NCBI GenBank assembly: GCA_963708075.1
Contig: OY970194.1
Coordinates: 6,848,001 to 6,912,000, forward strand
DNA length: 64,000 nt
Reading direction: 5' to 3'
Source of the DNA: Sedimentisphaerales bacterium
GTDB taxonomy: Bacteria > Planctomycetota > Phycisphaerae > Sedimentisphaerales > Anaerobacaceae
The notes under the pieces were generated by a model. That model was not told where the DNA came from. It ran no database searches and worked only from the letters and a program-made list of their open reading frames with translations. Shown here one piece after another: positions 31,741-41,162 of this stretch. The position numbers and the translations under genes are program-made. Position 1 is the stretch's first letter; every line of letters begins with the position of its first letter.

Positions 31741-32029
31741 TTCGGATTCCCAGTCAAATAGCCTTTACCTGGGCAAACCTATGATAGTCCTTTGTGAGGA
31801 TCGATGCAATGGCAAAGCTCAGCCTGTCCGTTCTGCGGTCAATCAAGTTGACAGTAAGAGCTCATATGGAAGGTGCTCCAGATCGCCGAGGCCCCGATGG
31901 CAGGCGGATGGCCTGTCTGTTGGCAGCCTGTGGGGAACGCATTTACAGAAGCGTGTCAAGGTGATATCAATACAGGTGGTTGATTCCGATTGAAGTGGTT
32001 CGGCGTCTGATGTTGGGAGGACGAGTGGC

Positions 32030-33214
32030 ATGGCGATTCGCGATGAGAGAATACGGGTTGGCGGGTTTCCTCGGGCCATCGGCATGTTCTGTCTCCTTGT
32101 TTGGTTTGCCGGTCCCGGCTTGCTGCTTGCCGCGGGCGAGGATCTGCCTCGCGTGGAGCCCGGGATCGAGTACCTTCACCACCGGATCGGGGACGGCCCC
32201 TGGTCAATCCACGTGGTGAAAGTGGATCGGCTTGGCGGGAAGTTCGGGCTTGTCTCGGCCCTGGCCCAAGGTCACATTTACGGATTGGCCACCGTCAGCG
32301 AGCAGGTGGAAAGCCTCGGCGATGCCTGGGGCCGGCCCGTCGCGGCCATCAATGGGGACTTCTTTGTCATTCGCTCCGGTCCATACCAGGGCGACCCCAC
32401 CGGTCTGCACGTCACCCAGGGCGAATTGGTCAGTGCGCCGACCGGGGCGAGCTTCTGGGTGGATAAGGAAGGCGACCCTCATATCGGCCAGGTCACGGCC
32501 AAGTTCCGAGCCACCGGCTCGAACGGCCTGGATATCACGTTCTCTCTCAATCAGGCGAGGGCCGATGATGCGGCTGTGCTGTATACGCCTGCCATCGGAG
32601 AATCGACGCGCACGGGGCCCGGACTCGAACTGGTCCTGGAGAAGTCCGGCGAGGGCGATTGGCTGCCGCTGCGTCCGGGCGGCCGGTATCAGGCGAGAAT
32701 CTCCGCTCTCAACGGGCAAGGAGACGTCCGGCTAACACCTCAGATCATGGTCCTATCCATTGGGCCCAAGCTGGCCAGAGGACTGCCGGCGTCGGCGGTC
32801 GGGATGGTGATCTCGCTTCACATGAAGACATCGCCCGACCTGACCGGAGTGATGACGGCTCTCGGTGGGGGACCTGTTTTGCTGGACGCGGGCGAATCGC
32901 CTGACTGGCCGCCGCCCCAGCCGAGACATCCGCGAACGGTACTGGGATGGAATGACAAGCAGTTTTTCCTTGCGGTTGTCGACGGCCGCCAGGAGTCGCT
33001 GTCGGCAGGCATGACCTATCCCGAGTTGGCTTCGCTCATGAGCGGACTGGGCTGCACCCACGCCATCAACCTCGACGGCGGCGGCTCCTCCACGCTCTGG
33101 CTGGATGGGCACATCATGAATTCCCCCTCCGACGGCCACGAACGCCGGGTCGCCAACAGCCTGATCGTCGTCGCGAACAAACAGGACGAGAGCGAGACGA
33201 ATCCGGGACGTTGA
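32030..33214 (+). CDS. Phosphodiester glycosidase (NAGPA family)
   Basis: AAINGDFF, HPRT, VVDGR, AINLDGGGSS and ERRVAN motifs. Confidence 0.9.
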   Translation: MAIRDERIRVGGFPRAIGMFCLLVWFAGPGLLLAAGEDLPRVEPGIEYLHHRIGDGPWSIHVVKVDRLGGKFGLVSALAQGHIYGLATVSEQVESLGDAWGRPVAAINGDFFVIRSGPYQGDPTGLHVTQGELVSAPTGASFWVDKEGDPHIGQVTAKFRATGSNGLDITFSLNQARADDAAVLYTPAIGESTRTGPGLELVLEKSGEGDWLPLRPGGRYQARISALNGQGDVRLTPQIMVLSIGPKLARGLPASAVGMVISLHMKTSPDLTGVMTALGGGPVLLDAGESPDWPPPQPRHPRTVLGWNDKQFFLAVVDGRQESLSAGMTYPELASLMSGLGCTHAINLDGGGSSTLWLDGHIMNSPSDGHERRVANSLIVVANKQDESETNPGR

Positions 33215-33256
33215 GGATGTATGACGGCGGTAAGATAAGCTCCGCCCAGCGATGCT

Positions 33257-33560
33257 CTACGGAAGATGCTCCAGATCAGCGAGGTCCTGGTGGCGGCCCA
33301 AGGCTTGTTTGTTGCGCTTGAGGTCTTTGAGGCTGATTAGATTCACGGGGACATCGTCGAGCGTATCTTCCACTCGATCCGCGTAACATTCCGCAAAATC
33401 GACGCCCGAGATTGTGGTGGCGATCTCGATTCTGACAGGCGGCACACCCAGGCGGATGATCTGCCATTGGCGCAGGAACAACTCCGCGGACAGATCGGGC
33501 AGATCGAAGCCGAACTTTTGAAGGGCCGCGACGATTCTCTCCGCGTTGCCTGCCGCTGCC
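33257..33560 (-). pseudogene. N-terminally truncated nucleotidyltransferase-family (DUF6036-like) gene
   Basis: NAERIVAALQKFGF...RLGVPPVRIEI...NKQALGRHQDLAD; the catalytic N-terminus is absent. Confidence 0.6.
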
Positions 33561-33684
33561 GCCCGATTACCCGATTGTCTTCGCAGACACTCTGCATCGT
33601 GTGCCGCGGCCGGAATAGGATTTACAGGCGGTGGGGCGCGCGATATGAATATGCGGTTGGTTTCTCGGTTATCTGGAGAATAGT

Positions 33685-35457
33685 GTGTCACAGGCGAAAG
33701 AACGGGCCAGGGCATTTGTGGAAGGGGAGAAGGCGTTTCGGCTGGGCGAACTGCTGACGGAGTCGTTCCATCCGAAGACGCGCGAACTCTCACGGGTCAT
33801 GGAGAGGGACATTCACGCGGGCATCCGGCTGTTGCAGTCGGTGGATGAGGACATTCCGCTCGCTCTGGATCGGATCTTTGCCCAGGAGTCGTTCAGGCGT
33901 CTCGTCGAAGCTCTGCGCGAGGCGATACTTGCGGGCCGGCGGATCTTCTTCACAGGCTGCGGAGCGACAGGCCGATTGAGTATCCTGCTGGAAGCGGCGT
34001 GGCGGGAGTTCTGGCGCACGGCCGGACGGGACAATCCACAGGCGGCCAGGATGGCGGACCTGTGCATCAGCGTCATGGCGGGTGGCGACTTCGCGCTGAT
34101 CAAGTCCGTGGAAGGGTTTGAGGATTTCCCGGACTTCGGCCGGCATCAACTCAAGGAGGCCGGAGTGCAGCAGGGCGATGTCGTCGTCGCGATCACCGAG
34201 GGCGGCGAGACGTCCTTCGTCATCGGCACCGCCTGGCAGGGACTCGACTCGGGGGCGAGGGTCTTCTTCGTCTACAACAACCCGACGGACTTGTTACGCG
34301 GACACGTCCAGCGGTCACGCGAGGTCATCGACGAGCCCCGCATCCGGAAGCTCGACCTGGCGACCGGCCCGATGGCGATCACCGGCTCGACCCGGATGCA
34401 GGCCACGACCACGGAGCTTCTCGTCGTCGGCGCGGCCCTCGAAATGGCCTTGGCGCAGACCGTAGGGTGTGCCATGCACACCGCCTCCACCGACCGCGCC
34501 GAGCCACGGTCGGCGGAGCCCACCCTGCGCGACACGGCACAGTATCAGCGGCTCTTTGAAAAGCTGCTCAAGCAGTTGTCCATCGCCGAGGGAGTCAATG
34601 CGATGGCCCGGCTGGTGCAGTTTGAGGAACAGATCTATCGTCAGCACGGCTTGGTGACGTACCTGGCCGACTCGGCCCTCTTGGACATTCTGACCGACAC
34701 GACGGAGCGGGCGCCGACGTTCATGCTCCCGCCGTTTCGCAAGAGCGGCGACACGATTTCGCCCGTGTCTTGGGCGTTTGTCAAGGACCCGGGCCGGCCG
34801 ACGCAGGAGGCGTGGCGTCAGATGCTCCAGCGTGAGCCTCGCGGCCTGACCTGGGGTCCGGAAGTCTACAGGCGGTTGGACGCGCCGGTGGCGCTGCAGA
34901 CGAATCCGCCGAAACTCGACAACAGCGAGATATACAGATTTCAGATCGGCAACGAGCCCGATCCTTCCCGGACGAGTGTCCCGGAGTCCGCGATAGTGTT
35001 CGTCGGCGTCGGGGGGGACGGTGTGCACGGCACACCCTACGGCCGGGCCGGGTTCAAGAGGACGGCGGCGATTACAGTGGGGCCGGAAGCAGCGTCGCCG
35101 GCTGTGGATGAGCACTTTCACTTCTCGTGCGATTTGCCTGCGTCGCCGTTGCGGCTGTGGGAGCATCTGGCGATCAAGCTCGTTTTGAACACAGTCTCGA
35201 CGGCGACGATGGTCCGCATGGGCCGGGTGATCGGCAACGCGATGGTCTGGGTGTCGCCGAGTAACAAGAAGCTGATCGACCGCGGGACGCGCTTAATCTC
35301 GCTATCGACCGGCTACAGTTACGAGCAGGCATGCGAGGCGTTGCACGAGGCGATAGACGAGGTCGCCCGCCGCGCGCAGTCCGGCGAGGAGGTCCCTTCG
35401 CCCGTCGCATTGGCCATCGAACGAATCCTCGCCGGCGGCAAGGAGAGATCCGCATGA
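33685..35457 (+). CDS. SIS-domain sugar-phosphate isomerase/etherase-like protein (MurQ/GckR-like, long form)
   Basis: GCGATGRLS, EGFED, TGSTRMQA, KLVLNTVST, GRVIGNAM, NKKLIDRG. Confidence 0.8.
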   Translation: MSQAKERARAFVEGEKAFRLGELLTESFHPKTRELSRVMERDIHAGIRLLQSVDEDIPLALDRIFAQESFRRLVEALREAILAGRRIFFTGCGATGRLSILLEAAWREFWRTAGRDNPQAARMADLCISVMAGGDFALIKSVEGFEDFPDFGRHQLKEAGVQQGDVVVAITEGGETSFVIGTAWQGLDSGARVFFVYNNPTDLLRGHVQRSREVIDEPRIRKLDLATGPMAITGSTRMQATTTELLVVGAALEMALAQTVGCAMHTASTDRAEPRSAEPTLRDTAQYQRLFEKLLKQLSIAEGVNAMARLVQFEEQIYRQHGLVTYLADSALLDILTDTTERAPTFMLPPFRKSGDTISPVSWAFVKDPGRPTQEAWRQMLQREPRGLTWGPEVYRRLDAPVALQTNPPKLDNSEIYRFQIGNEPDPSRTSVPESAIVFVGVGGDGVHGTPYGRAGFKRTAAITVGPEAASPAVDEHFHFSCDLPASPLRLWEHLAIKLVLNTVSTATMVRMGRVIGNAMVWVSPSNKKLIDRGTRLISLSTGYSYEQACEALHEAIDEVARRAQSGEEVPSPVALAIERILAGGKERSA

Positions 35458-36791
35458 CACGAGTTGCGAATTGTCACGCTGCAATGTCGAGTAAGCTCCC
35501 GGGTGGCAGCGGCAAGCGCCAGCTTGCCGATGGCTCCAAGATGTGGCCCAATACCATCGGCAAACTCCGCAGGCTCCGCTTGCCGATGCCACTCATTGAT
35601 GGTCTATCATGTAGAGCGTTAGATGGTGTGCAATGCACACCCTACGCGAGAACGCCGGGCCTTGTCATTCTTGCGGTGTTCTTTTCTCTGCTTCCGGGCT
35701 GTCGATTGGATAGCAGCCGGGATGCGCGTCTGATGCAGATCGACGGCGTGGTGACAGAGGAAATCGCGGCGGGGCACCTGCCGGGAGCGGTGGTCCTCGT
35801 CGGGCGGGGGAACAAGGTCTTGTACCACAAAGCATTCGGCGTCGAGGTGAACGAGCCGTTCCAGGAGGCCATGGAGAAGGACACGATCTTCGACATGGCC
35901 TCGCTGACCAAGCCCATCGCCACCGCGACCTCCATCATGATCCTGGTGGATCGGGGCAAGGTCGACGTGAACGACTACGTGTCCGAGTACCTGCCGGCCT
36001 TCGCCTGCAACGGCAAGGAGCAGGCCCGGATCCGGCACCTCCTGACGCACACCTCCGGCCTGCCCGCGTACACGGATGCCAACAGCCTGCGGACCCGCTT
36101 CGGCGAGTCCTGTCCCGACAAGGTCGTCGAGACGATCTGCGGCTTGAAGGCCCAGAGCCCGCCGGGCGAACAATTCCGCTATAGCTGCCTCGGGTATATC
36201 ACCCTGGCGCGAATCGTGAAGACCGTCACCGGCCAGGACATCGACGAATTCAGCCGGGCCAATATCTTCAAACCGCTTGGCATGAAGCACACAAGGTTCT
36301 GCCCGCCGGCCTCGTGGCAAAGGGAAATCGCCGCGACGGAAATCGTCAACGGAAAGCTGCTCCGCGGCACCGTCCACGACCCGCTGGGCCGGCTGATGGA
36401 CGGCACGAGCGGCAACGCCGGCCTGTTCTCCACCGCCTCCGACCTGTCCATCTACTGCCGCATGCTCCTCAACGACGGCACCTGGAAGGGTAAACGCATC
36501 CTCAGTCCCGCCGCCGTCGCCATGTTGACCACCGCCCAATCCCACGGCCGTGCCTGCGGCTTCGATGTCAGCTCCAACTACGCCTGGGTGAAAGGTCCAA
36601 GCGCCTCACCGAACGCTTTCTGCCACACCGGCTACACCGGAACCAGTCTCGTCTGCGACCCGGACACCGACACCTACCTCATCCTCCTGACCAACAGCGT
36701 CCATCCGTACGACAAGGGCCGCTCCAAACCCATCCGCCAGAAGCTCGCCGAGATTGTCTTCACCCCTCTATCGAATGGAACACAATCCTGA
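35454..36791 (+). CDS. Serine hydrolase, beta-lactamase/AmiE-like family (start uncertain)
   Basis: FDMASLTK (SxxK), LLTHTSG, YSCLG, VHDP, GNAGLFS, HTGYTG; ATGA overlap with the upstream gene. Confidence 0.85.
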   Translation: MTRVANCHAAMSSKLPGGSGKRQLADGSKMWPNTIGKLRRLRLPMPLIDGLSCRALDGVQCTPYARTPGLVILAVFFSLLPGCRLDSSRDARLMQIDGVVTEEIAAGHLPGAVVLVGRGNKVLYHKAFGVEVNEPFQEAMEKDTIFDMASLTKPIATATSIMILVDRGKVDVNDYVSEYLPAFACNGKEQARIRHLLTHTSGLPAYTDANSLRTRFGESCPDKVVETICGLKAQSPPGEQFRYSCLGYITLARIVKTVTGQDIDEFSRANIFKPLGMKHTRFCPPASWQREIAATEIVNGKLLRGTVHDPLGRLMDGTSGNAGLFSTASDLSIYCRMLLNDGTWKGKRILSPAAVAMLTTAQSHGRACGFDVSSNYAWVKGPSASPNAFCHTGYTGTSLVCDPDTDTYLILLTNSVHPYDKGRSKPIRQKLAEIVFTPLSNGTQS

Positions 36792-36817
36792 TCGTGTACG
36801 ACAAATGGATCAGCGGT

Positions 36818-36897
36818 GGGTGGCAGCGTCAAGCGCAGCTTGGCGATGGTTTGCCCATCCGCCATCGCCAAGGCCTTCGGCCTTGACGATGCCACCC
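36818..36897. repeat. Palindromic REP-like element (same family as 425-511)
   Basis: GGGTGGCAGCGTCAAG...CTTGACGATGCCACCC, between convergent genes. Confidence 0.85.
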
Positions 36898-36982
36898 GTG
36901 TGTGTAGCTCGTATCAGGGCCACCTCAAGGATTTGGGACGAACCCAACAGGTTTGGCGGTGCCGCCCGGAGACACAGAATAC

Positions 36983-38084
36983 TCAGGTCTGAATCGTGTC
37001 CAGCTCGATAAACGCGATCGGCACGAAAATGAACAGGGGCAGCCAGGCCCATAGCTCGGGCATGACCCGGCCGGCGATGACGACCTCCGTCGCGAGCATC
37101 TTGCAGACGAAGGTCACCACGAAGCACGTCGCCGTCAGGGCGAAGCTGACCAGGATCCTTGACTTCATCGTCCGGGGGTCCCGGCAGATCAGCACGGGCA
37201 GGCTTACCATGAGCATCGTCAGGTTGATGATGGGGTCCGTGATGCGGAAATGCTTCAGGCTGCTCAATTGAGCGACGTCACGGATCTTCGTGCTCTGGGC
37301 GGCCAGGATGGACAACTGGTGCGAGCTGAACAGGGACGCGTGCTTGGACTCGCAGATGATCGGAATGTCTTTGGGCAGGAGATTGGGGGCGGAGTAGGTG
37401 GTCGCCTGCCGCACGCCGTCCTGCGGCCCCGTCCCGATGAACACGCCATTGACCAGGTCCCAGACGCCCGTCTCGTAGTTGAAGACAGCTTTGTCGGCGG
37501 TGATCCGGCCCGTCACCTTCCAGATCCCCGGCCGGTCCGTGCCCTCCCGCGTGATGATCATCGGCTTGTAGAACGACGACGTCTTGACGTCGAATTGGCG
37601 GGAGTAGATCAGCGAGCCGTTGCCGTCCACGATGAACTGGACATCGAAGGACTCCTCGCCCGGCACGTCGTCGTGGCTGCGCCAGCTTGTCGCTGATGGC
37701 GGGGATCACCAGCTCCTGATCGACCACCCAAACGCCCGTGAACAGGATGGCCAGCACCAGGACGGGGCCAACGATCCGCTGAGCGCTGACGCCGGAGGCG
37801 ATCATGGCCACCAGCTCGTTTGTCCGCACCATGCGGCCAAGCGAAAACGCGGCCGCCACGACGGTGATCACGCCCGCGAGATCGCGGAAATACAGGGTCA
37901 TGTTCAGCCCGTAAAACGTCGCAACGTTCTTGGCGATGGCCCACGCCCCCATGTCCATGCGCTCGGCAAACTCGTCGAGGTGCACGAACAGATCGATGAT
38001 CGTCCACAGCCCGATCAGCACGCAGAACGCGATGGCGTACCCGATCAGAAAATTCGTTGCAATGTACCGGTCCAGAATCTTCAT
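36983..38084 (-). CDS. LptF/LptG family permease, frameshift ~37680
   Basis: MKILDRYI, NELVAMIASGVS motifs; C-terminal TM region ending PELWAWLP in a second frame. Confidence 0.85.
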
Positions 38085-38214
38085 CGCTTCCCATAATAGC
38101 CGCACGCCCCATGACAAGCAACGCCAAACCGCTCCGATCCGTCCGCAGGGGTGCGGTCGGCCTTCGGTGGCGGATTCGGATTCCAGCCGACACAAGAGCA
38201 CAGCCCAGTCTTCT

Positions 38215-38490
38215 TTCGCCCCTACGGGGCTTTGAGATAGGATTGACTATCGTACCCACCGTTGAAACGGTGGGCTAGTGTCGATCGCCCCCGTGGGGCG
38301 GACGGGCCGACGCAAGAGGACTGGGGCGAAGTCCAGGCTCGAAGGGCGATAGAGAATAGCCTTCAATTTGACAGGACCACAAAGCTCAGCCATGGCGCAG
38401 TCCAAGCCCGGAGGGCGATAGAGAATAGCCCAGCGATTGATCGCTGGGGAACTGGGGCCGAGGACAAAAGCCAGTCCCGTAAGGGACGAA
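38215..38490. repeat. Cluster of short palindromes (CCC-N4-GGG and CCCACCGTTGAAACGGTGGG type)
   Basis: GCCCTACGGGGC, CCCACCGTTGAAACGGTGGG, GTCCCGTAAGGGAC, and a direct repeat of AGGGCGATAGAGAATAGCC. Confidence 0.6.
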
Positions 38491-38581
38491 AGAGGCGCAG
38501 TCCGCACACGGCGGCGGATTAAGATGTCCCCGAAATTCCCCCAAATCACAAATCTCAAATCATAGATCATAGATCCATAGA

Positions 38582-39322
38582 TCAAACCGCCTTTTGCTTC
38601 GCCCGTTCCCGCAGCCACCGGGCGTGGACCTGCCGTCGCCTCTTGACCGGCCACTCCTCGGGAAAGTTCGGCCGGGCCGACTCCCCGAATACCTGGGCCG
38701 CCTTGTAGTCATACGCCCGCGCCGCCTCCACCTCGCTGTCGAACCGCCCAAGACTGTAGTGCTCCTTGCGACAGTCCAGGCCTGCCCGCCATCGACCGGT
38801 CGCCTTGCACCGAGCGACGCCCTTGTAGATGGAACTGCCGCCGGCCCGCTTTCTCGTATTGTGCTGGTTCACCTGATGCGTGGTGTTCCGCAGATTGGCC
38901 CGGGTATTGTCGTACTTGTTGCCGTTGCCGTGATCCACGATCTTGCCCTTCGGCGGCTTCATGATCTCGCGATGCATCAGGACAACCCTGCGTTTGCCGT
39001 TGCGTTTCTCATGCCGTGCCGCGTACCCGCCTTTTGTTCCCCAACGCCATTGATTGAGCCACTCGAAGTCCGCAGCGTCCACATACGCATACAACCCGTC
39101 GCCCAGCGGGATCGTCTTGACCCCCTCTCCCTCCGGCACAGGCGGCCGCACCCGATAATTCCGACACACTGCCCCAACGGGACACGCCTTCATCAGCCCC
39201 GGCGACTCCGGCTGGTTCCCGCACGTCGGCCCAGCCGCCCACCCCGTCCCCAGACTCCGCATCCACAACGCCCGATCCAGATGAGCATAAACACACCTGT
39301 GACAACTCGCCCGCGTCGCCAT
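38582..39322 (-). CDS. HNH/AP2-domain endonuclease-like protein with Cys-rich N-terminus
   Basis: MHREIM, VDHGNGNKYDNTRANLR, SSIYKGV, LGRFDSEVEAARAYD. Confidence 0.88.
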   Translation of the reverse strand: MATRASCHRCVYAHLDRALWMRSLGTGWAAGPTCGNQPESPGLMKACPVGAVCRNYRVRPPVPEGEGVKTIPLGDGLYAYVDAADFEWLNQWRWGTKGGYAARHEKRNGKRRVVLMHREIMKPPKGKIVDHGNGNKYDNTRANLRNTTHQVNQHNTRKRAGGSSIYKGVARCKATGRWRAGLDCRKEHYSLGRFDSEVEAARAYDYKAAQVFGESARPNFPEEWPVKRRRQVHARWLRERAKQKAV

Positions 39323-39881
39323 GATTCGCCCCTCTCAATCACGTTTGATGTTTGATGTTTGATGTTTGATTTCTCAAGTAGGACGGCCTCTCTTACTTCT
39401 CACATCAACCATCATAAATCAACCATGATCATAGCCGCACTATGATCCTTTGTCCATACAGTTGTTCAAAAATCACCAAATTTTTCTGTGCACACGGTAA
39501 CCCCTTTGTGGCACACGGATTAGGAGTCGCTTTGTCCGCAGATTGCACCGATTTTTGCAGATTTCCAGGACGAATCACAAATCCTAATTCGTAAATCGTA
39601 AATCCGATAGGCCACGGAGAGCGCCGAGCCCACGGAGCGGAATATAAGGATGTAGGGTGGGTTCTTAACCCACGCGGATTCTGATCCTCTCACGCAGAGA
39701 CGCCGAGACGCAGAGGGTGGAAGGAGAAGGGAGAAACGCAGGAAGGGAAGCAGGGAAGGAGGTAAGAACTGCCCCATCGGCACTCAGGGATCGGGGATCA
39801 GGGGCCAGAAATGATTGCTCTGCTGAACCCCGGCCCCTGACCCCCGACACCTGCTGGCCATTCCGCCCACAGTAAGGGGTT

Positions 39882-40656
39882 TCAGCCCACTGGCAATGTG
39901 CCATACGCCCCTTTCTTGAACACATAAATCGCCCACCCCAACGTTTCTCGTCCCCACCTCAGATACGCTGTCTTGCTTTCCCGCACTCGTTTCAGCACGG
40001 TTCTCCACATCAGGATCATCCCGATGGCCACTCGCCCAGCTTTCTGCTGCATACCATTGCAACCCTTCATACTTGTCCCAGTCATCTTGGCTGCTTACGA
40101 GTGTGTAGACGGCCTCCAACCCGTGTTCTTGCCCAGCCTTAACATTCTCATCATGTGTTCCGCAGTTGTTCCTTGTCTGGCCGATGGCCTCTAAATACTC
40201 TCTTTCCGGTTCATGCCGCCAGTAGGGTTCACCCACGACGATCCAACTTTCTGGCGCTGCCATCTTGTATAACGCGTTCAACGTCCCTCCATGCCCGCCA
40301 TAAATCCAACTCGCACCGATGCAGGCCACCAGATCAAAACTCTCTAAGGTCTCTGGGACATACTTAGCCCCATCCATCTCTAAGAAGTGGAGTTGAGCAT
40401 CTGGAACGCGTGTTTGGTGCTTTTTGCGGACATCTGCAATGCAGTAAGGAGAGAAATCAACCCCTGTCCCCGTCATTTGTCGGTGCCGCTCTGCGAGCCT
40501 GATGAGAAATTCGCCCTTGCCAGTGGCGATTTCAAGCACGCATGCACCAGGTTTCAGACGCAGAAGCGTGATGAGCTCTTCAAATTTCTCAGAACTCATC
40601 GGGTTGCAGAACACGTGCTCCCGATGCGTGATGTCAAAGAACTTCCACATGTCCAT
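39882..40656 (-). CDS. Class I SAM-dependent methyltransferase, frameshift ~40005
   Basis: RBS GAGGAGG; VLEIATGKGE, GVDFSP, CIGASW; C-terminus YLRWGRETLGWAIY in a second frame; lower GC than flanks. Confidence 0.85.
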
Positions 40657-40751
40657 GAGTTTACCTCCTCTGGCGCATTAACATGCTAAGTGCAACACGG
40701 CTCAGCGATCACGAGCCATCCGGTCGCCTATTCACTTGCGTAGATCTGAAG

Positions 40752-40944
40752 AAACTAGGGACGGACCCTATTTTAGTCGGGGCAATCCGGTTCTTCCAGT
40801 CCGAGTTCTCAAAATCCGACAGCCATCGCACATTTCGGCCTCACCACATCTGTCCGGCCCGTGGGGGCCGGCGACCAACTTGTCGCAGCTTCATCAGAGG
40901 TGCAGAACTGACGGGATTATAGCCCTTGCAGGCATGGTCTGCAA
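40752..40944 (-). ncRNA. Promoter + conserved structured leader + end motif, copy E
   Basis: TTGCAG-N17-TATAAT, then CACCTCTGATGAAGCTGCGACAAGTTGG..GGCCCCCACGGGCCGGACAGATGTGGTGAGGCC, then AAAATAGGGTCCGTCCCTAG. Confidence 0.65.
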
Positions 40945-41035
40945 GAGGGATGTGACAAGTTTGAAGTGTGATGTTTGAAGTGGGAAGTCGGAGGCTCCGC
41001 CACGCCCAGGATTCCATCATTCCAGAGGGAATTCG

Positions 41036-41150
41036 GGGGACACATTACTTATTTGGCAGGAATTAAGTATTGTGTCCCCAGATCCCCGGCAGTGGACATC
41101 TGGGGACACTATACTCAACTCGGGGCGGAGATAGGTGTCCCCGGAATTCC
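41036..41150. repeat. Two miniature inverted-repeat units bounded by GGGGACAC...GTGTCCCC
   Basis: 41036-41079 and 41102-41142; same motif as 62268-62286 and 63000-63029. Confidence 0.7.
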
Positions 41151-41162
41151 GCTGTCATGGCT

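Noticed and set aside
13896..40656. Programmed frameshifting or mass pseudogenisation (LamG, lactonase, GH63, SSS, LptF/G, MTase genes)
   Set aside because: Scattered single-base shifts in otherwise undecayed genes with no common slippery site fit long-read indel errors better.
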